Below, piece by piece: positions 35,550 through 49,062 of a stretch of 64,000 bases of DNA (its first letter is position 1; every line of letters starts with the position of its first letter). The notes under the pieces were generated by a model. The model had not been told where the DNA came from, did no database searches, and saw nothing but the letters and a program-made list of their open reading frames with translations. The stretch comes from Mobula hypostoma (taxonomy: Eukaryota), in contig NC_086100.1 in assembly GCF_963921235.1 (NCBI RefSeq), positions 74,152,001 to 74,216,000 on the forward strand, written 5' to 3'. Both the position numbers and the translations under genes were made by a program.

Positions 35550-38500
35550 AGCGGTTTGAGCTAGCCACAACTGCGCAAGCGCGTGGACGTCAACCAGGTA
35601 GAACAGCGAGAAGAGTTTAAAAGAAAACACTTTATAGTGTGGGCGTCAGAGAAGCGGGTGACAGAGTAGAGGGAGACAGAGTAGGGTCTAGGCGAGGTAG
35701 GTTAACTGTATAAAATACAGACAGGAAGAATGTGTGTGAGGCTGGTGTTTTGTGCTTGGCGTCAGATGTGGTAGTCCAAGAGACTCCCAGCCTCCCGGAC
35801 GGCCATATCTGCGCCAGGTGTGTCAAGCTGCAGCTCCTAAGGGACCGTGTTAGGGAACTGGAGATGCAGCTCGATGATCTTCATCTGGTCAGTGAGGAGG
35901 TGATAGAGAGGAGCTATAGGCAGGTAGTCAAACCGGGGCCTGGGGAGACAGGTAAATGGGTAACAGTCAGGAAAGGGAAGGGCAGAAGTCAGAGGCTAGA
36001 GAGCACCCCTTGACAATAAGCACTCCTGCTTGAGTACTGTTGGGGGGAACGGCCTACCTGGTGGAAGCAACAGTAGCTACACCTCTGGCACAGATTCTGG
36101 CCCTATGGCTCAGAAAGGCAGGGAAAGGAAAAGGATGGCAGCGGTGATAGGGGACTCTATGGTTAAGGGATCAGACAGGCGATTCCGTGGACGCAGGAAA
36201 GAAGCACGGACGGTAGTTAGCCTCCCACATGCCAGAGTCTGGGATGTTTCAGATGGCGTCCAAGATATCCTGCAGTGGGAGGGAGAACAGCCAGAGATCG
36301 TGGTAAATATTGGTACCAACGACATAGACAGAAGAAGGGAGGAGGTCCTGAAAACAGACTACAGGGAGTTAGGAAGGAAGTTGAGAAGCAGGACCACTTC
36401 TCAATTCATCTTGGGATTACTGCCTGTGCCACGTGACAGTGAGAATAGGAATAGAGTAAGATGGAGGATAAACGCGTGGCTGAGGGATTGGAGTAGGGGG
36501 CGGGGTTTCAGATTTCTGGATCATTAGGACCTCTTTTGGGACGGGAGTAACCTGTACAAAAAAGATGGGTTGCACTTGATTCCCGGGGGACCAATATCCT
36601 GGCTGGGAAATTTGCTGAGGCTACTGGAGAGAGCTTAAACTAGGATTGCTGGGGGGTGGGAACCAAACTGAAGAGACGGAGGAAGAGGCGGTTGGCTCAC
36701 GAATAGAGAAAGCTTGGAAACAGTGCGAGAGCGACAATAGACAAGTGATAGAGAAAGGACATGCTCAGTCTAATGGTTTGAGATGTGTCTATTTCCATGC
36801 AAGGAGTATAATGAACAAAGTGGATGAGTTTAGAGTGTGGTTCAGTACTTGGGAGCTATGTACCTCTGCTATCTCCTCCGATTCCATACACACTTTTCCA
36901 CGGTCACACTTGATTGGTCCTATACGCCCACGTCTTATCCTCATGCTCTTAACAAACTTGTAGAATGCCTTGGGGTTTTCCTTAATCCTGTCTGCTAAGG
37001 CCTTCTCATGGCCCCTTCTGGCTCTCCTAATTTCTTTCTTAAGCTCCTTCCTGCTAGCCTTATAATCTTCAAGATCTCTATCATTACCTAGCTTTTTGAA
37101 CATTTCATAAGCTCTTTTTTCTTCTTGACTAGATTTACAATAGCCTTCGTACACCACGGTGCCTGTACCCTACCATCCTTTCTCTGTCTCATTGGAACGT
37201 ACCTATGCAGAACTTCATGCAAATATCCCCAGAACATTTGCCACTTTTTTTCCATACATTTCCCTTAGAACATCTGTTCCCAATTTATGCTTCGAATTTC
37301 CTGCCTGATAGCAAAATGATTCATTTTGGTAGGTCAAATATGATTACAGAATATGGTATTAACAGTAAGACTCTTGGCAGTGTGGAGGATCAGAAGGATC
37401 TTGGGGTCCGAGTCCATAGGACACTCAAGGCTGCCATGCAGGTTGACTCTGTAGTTAAGAAAGCATACAGTGCATTGGGCTTCATCAATTGTGGGATTGA
37501 GTTTAGGAGCCGAGAGGTAACGTTGCAGCTATATAGGACCCTGGTCAGACCCCATTTGGAGTACTGTGCTCAGTTCTGGTCACCTACTGTAGGAACGATA
37601 TGGAAATGATAGAAAGGGTGCAGAGGAGATATACAAGGATGTTGCCTGGGTTAGGGCAGGGGTCCCCAACCTTTTTGCACCACGGACCGGTTTAGTATTG
37701 ACAATATTCTTGCAGACCGGCCGACCCCGGGGTGGGGGGGGGGTGAGGTTAAACTCACCTCAAGATGTCTTCTTACAGTTAGGGTTGCCAATTTTCTCAC
37801 TCTCAAATAAGGTACAAAAGTAGCAGTCAAATCTCGGGACACTTTACCCCAGGAAAGACTACCATGCTCATGAAGACTTGCGCGGGCACCTGTGTGCGCA
37901 TGCACGTACGTGCTGTTTTCTTTTTCCAAAAATTGGTTTTGCGTTCATCTTCCCGACTACACTGTACATATATCATTTCTACTTTATATAGGCTGTGTAT
38001 TTATCATATCATTCCTGCTTTTACTATATTTTAGTGTTATTTTAGGTTTTACGTGTTATTTGGTATGGTTTGGTAGGTTATTTTTTGGGTCTGGGAACGC
38101 TCAAAAATTTTTCCCATATAAATTAATGGTAATTGCTTCTTCACTTTACACCATTTCGGCATGAAAGGTTTCATAGGAACGCTCTACCTTAGCAGGGGAA
38201 ATACGGGACAAACCAATTTAGCCCAATATATGGGATGTCCCAGCAAATACAGGACAGTTGGCAATCCGATGTTCAAGTTCAACAGTGTGTGGCAGGGAAT
38301 AAGGAATGGTGCAGCTGACTCATATCGTTTCCTCGCGACCCGGTAGCACATGCTCTGCGGTCCGGTGGTTGGGGACCGCTGAATTTAGGAGCATGCCTTA
38401 TTATAACAGGTTGAGTGAACTCGGCCTTTTTTCCTCGGAGCGATGGAGGATGAGAGGTGGTGACCTGACAGAGGTGTATAAGATGATGAGAGGCATTGAT

Positions 38501-38825
38501 AGTGTGGACAGTCAGAGGCTTTTTTCTGAGGCTGAAATGGCTAGCATGAGAGGGCACAGTTTTAAAGTGCTAGGAAGTAGGTACAGAGGAGATGTCATGG
38601 GTACGTTTTTTACACAGAGAGTGGGGAATGTGTGGAATGGGCTGCTGGTGATGGTAGTGGAGGGGGATACAATTGGGTCTCTTAAGGGACTCCTGGACAG
38701 ATATATGGAGCTCAAAAAATAGAGGGCTGTGGGTAACCAAAGGTAATCTCTCAGGTAAGGACATGTTCAGCACAGCTTTGTGGGCCAAAGGGTCTGTATT
38801 GTGCTGTAGGTTTTCTATGTTTCTA
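35550..38825 (+). mobile_element. Nested CR1 LINE with 5' UTR and ORF1, an internal inverted segment (about 36860-37310) and 3' end
   Basis: ORF1 HICARCVKLQLL..VIGDSMVKG..NIGTND. A minus-strand ORF2 piece LKKEIRRARRGHEKALADRIKENPKAF. Plus-strand LVRPHLEYCAQFWSP and a (tttctatg)n tail. Confidence 0.85.
37657..38381. mobile_element. hAT-Charlie-ended non-autonomous element inserted in CR1
   Basis: caggggtccccaacc / ggttggggaccgctg termini. CR1 RMLPG...SMPY resumes across it. Contains an inner tagggttgccaa...ttggcaatccga TIR pair. Confidence 0.8.
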
Positions 38826-39415
38826 TGTTTGTCATTGAGCCTACTAGGAGATCAGCTATACTGGATTGGGTGTTACGCAATGAACCGGAGGTGATTAGAG
38901 AACTTAAGGTAAAAGAACCTTTACGAGGCAGTGATCACAATATGATTGAGTTCAACTTGAAATTTGATTGGGAGAGAGTAACATCTGATGTAGCAGTATT
39001 TCAGTGGAGAAAAGGAAATTACAGTGGTAGGAGGGAGGAGCTGGCCGAAGTAGATTGGAAGGAGATGCTGGCAGGGAAGAAATTTTCTGGGGAAAATGAG
39101 CAAGGTGCAGGGCAGGTGTATTCCAAAACAAAGAAATACTCACATGGCAAAATAGTACAACCATGATAGACAAGGGAAGTCGAAGCTAATGTAAAAGCAA
39201 AAGAGAGAGCATACAACAAAGCAAAACTTAGCAGGAAGACAGAGGATTAGAAAGCTTTTAAAAACCTACAGAGAACAGCTAAAACAATCACTAGGAAGGT
39301 AAAGATGAAATATGAAAAGCAAGCTAGCAAACAATATCAAAGGGGATAGTAAAAGTTTCTTCAAGTGCGCAAAAGTAAATAAATAAATAGAGAGCTGAGA
39401 ACAGATATAGGTCTG

Positions 39416-42400
39416 CTAAAGCTTGAGCTTGGAGACAGGTTTGGGGTCTTGAGGCTTGAGTTCTTGGAGGCCAGACGAGGATATGATGGGGCAAGGGTAC
39501 TTTGAGGCAAGGGACAGGAAGGGACAGAACCAACCGCAGAGTAACGGCAAATGGCCTGGCTTACCCGACAGAAGCAAGGGACAGGAAGGGAGCTAGGTCC
39601 GGGGTGGTTCCAAGACTTGAAGTGGCCGGTAACCTCGGCAGGTTACGGAACAGCCGAATCCATATCTCGATGACTGCACTAGCCTTCCACCCGTGGGTTA
39701 CTCCAAGGGGATCTTGACAAGACAAACCGGTAGCTCCCACTTAACCCCAAGGCTACTTATATTCCAAGCGCCAAGATGGGAATCAAGTGCCTATGATTAA
39801 CTCAACCAAAATAAGGGACAGCTGGAAGACCCAGAGTCCTGAGTCCACCAACCGGACTGTGAACCGGAATGCGGACTTCCCAGACCGGACCATAACAAGG
39901 CTTGGATGAGGGACAGGGCCAGAATGAAGAAACGGGAAACCCAGGAACGCTCCTCTGGGCCATACCCTTCCCAGTCGACCAGATTTGGAGGCCCCTGCCC
40001 CGACGGCGCACATCTAGTAGCCGCCAGACGGTGTATGCCGGATGGTTGTCGATGATCCGGGCGGGTGGAGGGGTTTCGGTCAGGGAATACAAGGGGCTGA
40101 CGGGAAGTGGTTTTAATTGGGAAACATGAAAAGTAGGGTGGATGTGCATAGATCTTGGTAGCTTAAGTCGGACTGCTGTGGGGTTGATGATACTTTCGAC
40201 CTCGAAATGTCCCAGGAAGCGAGAGGCGAGTTTCTTAGGCTTGTTTTTAAGAGGGATGTCCTTGGATGAAAGCCATACCATCTGCCCAGGTCGATACTCA
40301 GGCGTAGGAGTCCGGTATCGATCGGCAATCCTCCTCTTGCGATCGGCTGATCTGAGCAGGGCCGTGCTTGTGTCCTCCCAAACCTTGCTGCACGGATCGA
40401 TATGGGCCTGAACAGACAGCACCGCAATCTCTTCTTCTTGAGCGGGGAACAGCGGGGTTTGGTACCCAAGGGCGCACTCGAAGGGAGACCTTCTGATGGC
40501 AGTACTAACCAGAGAGTTGTGGGCGTACTCAACCCACGCGAGTTGGTCACTCCAGGTAGACGGGTTGTTGGTTAACATAGCGTCGCTCCAAGTCCTGGTT
40601 GACCCGTTCGTCTGGGGGTGGAAGCCGGATGACAGGCTGACCGATGCACCTAAGACTTGACAGAAGGCCTTCCATACCTGCGAGATGAACTAGGGACCTC
40701 GATCGGAGACGATGTCCGCGGGGATTCCATGGAGGCGGAAGACGTGGCAGACGAGAAGGTCTGCGGTTTCCTGAGCAGAAGGGAGTTGGGAGGGGGGGTT
40801 TCTACAAAGTGCACCGCCTTGGAGAACCGGTCTACCACGGTGAGTACGGTGGTGTTTCCGTGTGAAAGGGGTAGACCGGTGACGAAATCTAGGGCGATGT
40901 GCGACCAGGGACGACCAGGGCCAGGTAGGAGACGAAGTAATCCCGGACATGGCCGTTGAGAGGCTTTTCCACGGGCACAGACGGAACATGCCGAGACATA
41001 GGAACGGGTATCCGTCTCCATAGAAGGCCACCAAAAGTGTCTTTTCAGGAGAGCCAGGGTTCGACCACTCTCGGGGTGGCAGGCGAACCGAGATGTGTGC
41101 CCCCACCAGAGAACCTGAGATCTGACAGAATCAGGCGCAAAAAGGCGATCGGCGATTGCGCTTCCTTTACTATACACTCAATCGCCCAAGTGAGGGTTGC
41201 CACCACACAGAATGGTGGGAGGATAGTCTCTGGGCTGGAAGTGTCCTCCTTGGAGTTGTATTGGCCGGAGATCGCGTCCGGCTTCCCACTCTTGGACCTT
41301 GGACGGTATGTGAGGGAAAACTTAAACCGTGCAGATAGTAATGCCCAATGGCCTGGCGGGAGTTCAAACATTTGGCAGTCTGAATAACTTCGCCAGCTTG
41401 GTATCAGCGTATCACTCTGCAATTGGGCCTTGGACTTTCTGACTAACAGATCCCTATCAGTTAAGTTAGACAACCTTTCTTCCTCCACTCTCACCCTGAA
41501 CACCGGCGTGCCTCAAGACTGTGTGCTGAGCCCTCTTCTGTGCTCCCTTTTCACCTATGGCTGCATTCCTGTACATGGCTGTAACTCCATAATCAAGTTC
41601 GCAGACGACACCACGGTGGTTGGTCTGATCAGAGGGGATGACGAGACGGCCTACAGGGACGAGATCCAGCACCTGGCTGCGTGGTGTGCCGACAACAATC
41701 TGGCCCTTAACACCTAGAAGAGCAAAAAGATCATTGTGGACTTCAGGCATGCCATGAGTCACACTCACGTCCCCATCTACATCAACGGAACTGTAATGGA
41801 GTGTGTATCAAGCTTCAGATTCTTTGGTGTCCACATTTCCGAGGATCTCACCTGGTTCCTGAACACCTCCATCCTGATCAAAAAGGCGCAATAGCGCCTT
41901 TATTTCCTGCGGAGCATGAAGACAGTTCACCTCTGTCCCAGGATACAGACGGACTTTTACCGCTGTACCACTGAGAGCATACTCACCAACTGCATCTCAG
42001 TGTGGTATGGCAATTGTCCCATATCGGACCGCAAAGCACTCCAGCGTGTGGTGAAAACTGCCCAGCGGATTATCGGCACCCAATTGCCCACCATTGAGAA
42101 CATCTACCTGATGGTCTCAACCTAAACATAAACGTTGCTTGGGCAGCGCGAAAAGCATTATCAAGGATGCATCTCACCCTAACCATGGACTTTTTACTCT
42201 CCTCCCATCCGGTAGGCACTACTGGAGCCTCCGCTCCCGCACCAGCAGGCACAGGAAGAGCTTTTTCCCTGAGGCTGTGACACTGCTGAACCTCCCACCA
42301 CAGCGCTAAACAGTATTGCATCCGTATTGTACTATCTCAGTACTTTTATATTTGTGTGCTGTAGCACTTTTTTTATTCGTAGTTATTTTGTAAATAACAC

Positions 42401-44245
42401 TATTCTTTGCATTACTGGTCAGATGCTAAATGCATTTCATTGGCTTTGTATCTGTACTCGGCGCAATGACAATAAAGTTCAATCTAATCTAATCTAATCT
42501 AATCCCAGGTTTTTATGATCAATCCAAACAATAAGCGGGTGTTCCTTCCCCACCAGCCAGTGTCTCCACTCCTCCAATGTTAGCTTGACCGCCAGAAGTT
42601 CCCGATTCCCCACGTCGTAATTCCGCTCGGCGGGGGACAGTCGGCGAGAAAAGAAGGCACAGGGATGAAGCTTTTTGTCCGGACATTGATCGTTGGAACA
42701 GGACTGCTCCTACCCCGGACTCGGAGTCGTCAACCTCAACAATGGATTGACGGGAGGGGTGCGGTTGGACCAGGATGGAAGTGGTTGTGAACCGCCTCTT
42801 TGGGTCAGTGAATGCCGAATCAGCCTCGGAGTCCCAACAAAAAGGTGTCGTAGGCGAAGGCGAGGTAAATCGGGTAAGGGGCGCCGCCACCCAACTGTAA
42901 TCCCTGATAAATCAGCCATAAAAGTTCGCAAACCCTAAAAACCGCTAAAGTTGCTTGTGGGGCGTGTGCCTGGGCCAATTTTCCACCGCCCGGATCTTCT
43001 CGGGATCTGGCCTCACCAGCCCGCTCTCGATGATGTAGCCCAGGAAGCTGACCAAAGGGACGTGGAACTCACATTTCTCCGCCTTCACAAATAACTTGTT
43101 CTCCCACAGTCTCTGGAGGACTAAACGGACATGGTGAATATGTTTCTGGGGGCTGCTAGAAAACACTAAGATACCATCTAGGTAGACGAACAGGAAGCGA
43201 TTAATAAAGTCCCTCAGTATATCATTGATTAGGGCTTGAAAAACGGCGGGGGCATTGGTGAGGCCAAACGGCATGACCAAGTATTCGAAGTGGCCCAAAG
43301 GTGTATTAAAGGCCGTCTTCCATTCGTCTCCCTCCCTCATCCTGACTAGATGGTAGGCGCTATGAAGGTCCAACTTAACGAAGATGGTGGCTCCGTGAAG
43401 TGGTTCAAATGCCGAGTTAATGAGGGGTAGTGGGTACTTATTTTTAACTGTTATATTGTTTAGGCCTCGGTAGTCAATACAGGGACGAAGCGACCCATCC
43501 TTCTTTACTACAAAGAAGAAACCGGCGCCCACCGGGGAGGATGAAGGTCGAACAAAGCCTGTCGCGAGGGACTCACTAATGTATTTCTCCATGGCCTCTC
43601 CCTCAGGTCAGGACAAGTTATAAAGGCGACTGGTGGGCAACGAGGCCCCGGGGAGAAGGTCGATAGTGCAATCATACGGGTGGTGTGGAGGCAGGGAAAG
43701 AGCCCATTTTTTGCTGAATACCTGTCCTAGGTCATGGTATTCTGCAGGGACTCCGGACAAGTTGAGGGGTTCAAAGACAGGCGGGGTCGCGGTAGCCTCC
43801 CTAGGGGATGGAGCAGACCGCAGACAGGTGGCGTGGCAAAACGGGCTCCAGCTGGCTATCCTCCCGGTACACCAGTCGATCTAGGGGTTATGGTGGTTCA
43901 GCCAGGGATATCCTAGAATTACAGGGGCTTGAGGAGAATAGATGAGATTAAATCGTCCCTCCTCTCGATGGTTTCCAGACAGAATCAAGGTCAGGGGTGG
44001 CGTACAGTGGGTAACCTGAACCAGCAGTTTTCCGTCCAGCGCCCGGGCCTCCAGAGGGGTACTTAACGGCTCCCGAGTTATTCCGGCCCGGGAGGCTATG
44101 TCCTCGTCCAGCAGATTTCCCTCAGCACCGGAATCCACCAAGGCGGATAGGGACAGGGACTGTTGTTGATAATACACGGTAGCCGGGATCTGCATCCAGG
44201 TTTGGGGACTGAAGGGAGTGTCGTCCGGCTCACTAGGGCCCCCCT
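39416..44245 (-). mobile_element. Gypsy chromovirus-type (Sushi-like) retrotransposon remnant: PR-RT-RH-IN-chromodomain plus partial 3' LTR
   Basis: ALVDSGAEGN (protease), [32 protein letters not shown] (RT), [20 protein letters not shown] (integrase), HPTFHVSQLKP..YTVWRLLDVRRRGRG (chromodomain). LTR about 39416-39897. Confidence 0.93.
41370..42504 (+). mobile_element. Rex1/Babar LINE (RT to 3' end) nested in the Gypsy RNase H region
   Basis: [28 protein letters not shown], then AATAAA and an (aatct)n tail. The Gypsy DHKNL / LNSRQA motifs flank it. Confidence 0.92.
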
Positions 44246-44609
44246 TTCTACTGGTGAGCCCTTCCTTTTGGCCGCAGAGAACAGGTATCCCGGAAATGTC
44301 CCGGCTGGCCGCAATATGAACAATCCCCAGCTCTCTGCCTCCGAACTGGGAATGATTGGAAATCGGATGAGGGGATTAGGCCCAATTAACAGCAAGATGG
44401 GGAATCGCCAGACGGGACTATGACAACCATAGGCATCTGTGGTCATTGAGTGTATTTAAGGCACAGGTTGATAGGTTCTAGCTTCCCTAGGGGATGGAAG
44501 GCCAGGAAGTGGGGCCCAGGAGAGGTCAAAAGCATTCAGCCAAGATTGAACGATTGAGCAGACTCAATCGGCCAAAGGGTCTATTTCTGCTCTTATGTCT
44601 TATGGTCTT

Positions 44610-45777
<1,168 letters not shown>

Positions 45778-45899
45778 TATGTTAAGATGTTAGTGAATTG
45801 AAAAGAGAGAGCGACCGCGGTAATAGAAAATAACCATTTTCAGAGCAACGCCAAGGAGATATTAACGCAAGGAGTGGCATCAAAATGATAGCGATCAGT

Positions 45900-46450
45900 A
45901 TGACTCATGCGCAGTAGCAAACATATTTTTCAGGTAAAAACTGCAACGTATGCAACAACGATCACTCACTAATGTAATCAAATGATTATAAGATCAGTTT
46001 CAGTATACAATTTACTTATTATAAAATGGATTTTGTATTCCAAGGATACGTTGGCGGGTTGCAGCAGAAAAAGGAACTTTTTGCGGTCTTTTTGATCTAC
46101 TTCCTGGGCGGACAAAGATTAAAAGGGCTGTTGGAAACAGTGCTCGATTCGGAAGCACACTTGGAATTGGGTGAACGCGAGGAGATTGGCTCTCATTCCT
46201 GTAGAAGTGGGAAGCAGTCCCCTCGAACCCAGCCTGGACTGGAGCAGAGTAAGAGCTCGGGCTGGATTCAGACTGACCGTCACTGGGTCGTTTTTCCATC
46301 TCCCGCTGCCAGGGTTTCGCAGAAGGAAAGTTTCAGTGCGGAATGGTCATTACTCGGTGGGTGGGCAGAGAGGGGATTCACGGCACTGTTGTTTCGTCAA
46401 AATCTACCTATGTGCAGATTGAGGAGAGAGCGAGGCATAGAAAAAAGTGT
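45900..46450. promoter_or_regulatory. Possible CpG-rich promoter-like segment
   Basis: Non-repeat-looking DNA with retained CpGs, atgcgca, acttcctgggcgg and cggaagc motifs. No transcript evidence. Confidence 0.3.
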
Positions 46451-47651
46451 TAAGATGTTTTTAATGACGAGGAGGGAGGGACGGGGTAATAGAAAAATAT
46501 CCATTTTGAGAGCAGCATCAAGTAGTCTGTGAGCCACTGGGGTGGTCGGTACCATCTGAGGGGAATAATGCTCATAGTGATTTTTGGCAAGGTATATATC
46601 TCTAGAGTTAGAAAATATGTGATAGCATTGCACCAGTGGTAGCTTTATTACTTCAAATAAGTAATCACTTTTTGTATATATTCCATATTTACATCAGTAC
46701 AGCAGAAAATGTTACACCCCGCCCCCCACCCCAGTTAAAAAAAACTCATTTGGAAAGATTTCTGGAGTTTTATTAATGTCATGATATTTTCTATATTTTT
46801 GTATCAAATCAAAACAATCTTATACTTTTGTCATAGCATATAGAATTATAGTACAATAATTCAAATGTGGGGTTCCACGCAGCCATAACCTAGGCCCCAT
46901 TTGATTGTAAAGTGAATATATTTAATCAAAGACTGCTTTCCTTACATTATTTTCCATACTTTCATAACCTATCATAATCATAATAATTTTCTAAGTCTTC
47001 CATATCTTCATCTGAACTTTCCATACTCTCTGAGGTGGATGCCTGGTTCTCACAGTCTGCCAGTCTACACATGTCAGTACACCCGAGGCCATTTGCAACA
47101 CACATACATCTTGGGAGTGAACATTTTTTTGGACCGTTACAGGCCAGTAGATCCAGGACGGCATCGGGTGCTGGCTGGCCTTCCAGCCAGTGCACCACCA
47201 ACTGTTCAGCTTCCTCTTCTTTCTCCATCTTCCTTCCTCTGCCAACAGGGCTTTCCACTTGTGGGTCCTTCTCCAAACATCTGCATTTCCCAGCCTGGTA
47301 GTTGGTTCACTGTGCATGTTTTGTTAAGCAATCCTTGCATGGTGGGAGTCAATTTCACCTTTTTTGGCAGAGAAAAGGTGATACCTGAGCTCATTGACCT
47401 TGGTGGTCGATGCTTTTGGGGCATACAGGAGACATGTAAATGCCTCCAGTTTGTCCATCAGTTCTGGGGAGAGGTCCCATTCCTGACCCAACTCTAAGGA
47501 TGTGTCCTGAGTTTCTCTGTTGCTGGTCAGAAGTTTTAGGGCACTTGTCTTCCCTTTGCCCGCAAAAGTGCTTCCAGTGTCACATCCTGTATATGCGTGC
47601 AACCTGATGAGAGCCCTACAAACCTCTGTGCCAACAGTGGCAGCAACCATC

Positions 47652-48965
47652 TGTCACAATGGGGTGCTGGGAACGGACCCAAATGCAAGACACAGACACT
47701 GAAGTACAAGGAACAGGACTTGACTAGAGTAGGGACGTGACAGGATACAGACAAGGAGCAGGGACAAGAGCACAGACTAGGGCTTGGACCCCGAGCCAGA
47801 GACTGGACAAGGACCCAGAACCTAGGTCTTGCCTCGGGCTTGGGCACCAGAACCAGCCATGGACATGACATGACTGCAGGACTGGAGGCTGGGGTCTTGA
47901 GGCTTGAGGCTTGGAGGTAGACTTGGGGTCTTGAGGCTTGAGGCTTGGAGGCAGGCGTGGGGTCTTGAGGCTTGAGGCTTGGAGGAAGGCTTGGTGTCTT
48001 GAGGCTTGAGGCTTGAGGCTTGAAGGAAGGCTTGGGGTCTTGAGGCTTGAGGCTTGGAGGCAGGCTTTGGGTCTTGAGGCTTGAGGCCTGCAGGCTGGGG
48101 TCTTGGTCTTGAGGCCTGCAACCTGGGGTCTTGGTCTTGAGGCCTGCAGGCTGGGGTCTTGGTCTTGGGTCTAGGGTACTTCGAGGCTTGGGTATGGACT
48201 CTGAGCCAGAGACCGGGCAAGGACTCAGAACCTGGGACTTGACTCGGGCTCAGATTCCAAAACTAGGTGAGGACAAGACAATGCTACAGGACTGGACATG
48301 GCTTGGGTGTGGAACTCCGGGTAGGGCGAGACACAAGGACAGGTAAAGGCACACGGACAGGACTTGGATAGGACTGGACTAGGCACGGACTGGACGAGGG
48401 CCTTCAGGAGCCCGGAACCTTGGACTAGAAGAGACGGGAGCATGGAACCTTGGACGAGAAGAAACAGGAGCACAGAACACAGAACCGGGACCCCTCCTTG
48501 GGAACAGAACGTAGGGCCAGGACTCAAACACAGAACAGTGAACATGAAGAGACAGATCCCAACACAAGGTGGTGGCAAACGGCCGGACCCACCTGGCGAA
48601 GGTGTGGACACAGAGAGACAATTCCACACAACGAAAGACAGTTCCTTATCTTGACCTAACAAGGTTCCAGTCTTGCTCCGGTGGTAAGACTTCAGTGATA
48701 CAGGCGGAGTATCCAACCTAGGTGAGCAGGCAGAGAGTCAGGCGAGGTATCCAGGCAGGGAGTCAGGCAGGGACGGGGGAAGACAAGGAGGGGAGCAGAA
48801 CAGTTCAGCAGGGAATCTCTGGTTTGCAGATGTATATATGACTCAGCCCCAAAACGAGGAACATGTGCCCACAACAGAAACTGGGGAAAACCAGAAACCC
48901 TGGAACAAGGAACCATGGACCGGACTGTGAACCAGAAGACAGAGTTCATGGATCGGACCATGACA
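47652..48965 (-). mobile_element. Solo LTR nested in the Academ element (same family as 1-1511 and 39416-39897)
   Basis: TGTCA...TGACA termini, flanks ccatc/ctgtc, shared ggacccaaatgcaagacac end motif. Confidence 0.88.
47885..48190. repeat. Heptamer-based (gaggctt/ggtcttg) higher-order tandem array inside the LTR
   Basis: Repeated ggggtcttgaggcttgaggcttggaggcaggc units. The same motif occurs at about 39420-39470. Confidence 0.85.
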
Positions 48966-49062
48966 CTGTCCTGATATCTACAAGCCTTGTACGGGTTCTA
49001 GTGTCACAGCTCTGGAACAATGGGGCCTCAATCTTGTCACAAAAAGCTAAAGACATGATAAA

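Larger units (their letters stand above)
34750..39415 (+). mobile_element. Outer CR1 LINE (ORF1 end and endonuclease) interrupted at about 35545-38825
   Basis: YDVVAITESWL and IVMGDIN..EFVECL stop at about 35545 and resume at about 38826 as FVIEPTRRSAILDWVL..GSDHNMIEF. Confidence 0.8.

Noticed and set aside
46026-46532. 168-aa + strand ORF in the CpG-rich segment
   Set aside because: No recognisable domain, and its stop lies inside the Academ TIR.
47822-48220. PQASRP-repeat ORF
   Set aside because: It is the translation of the LTR heptamer array.
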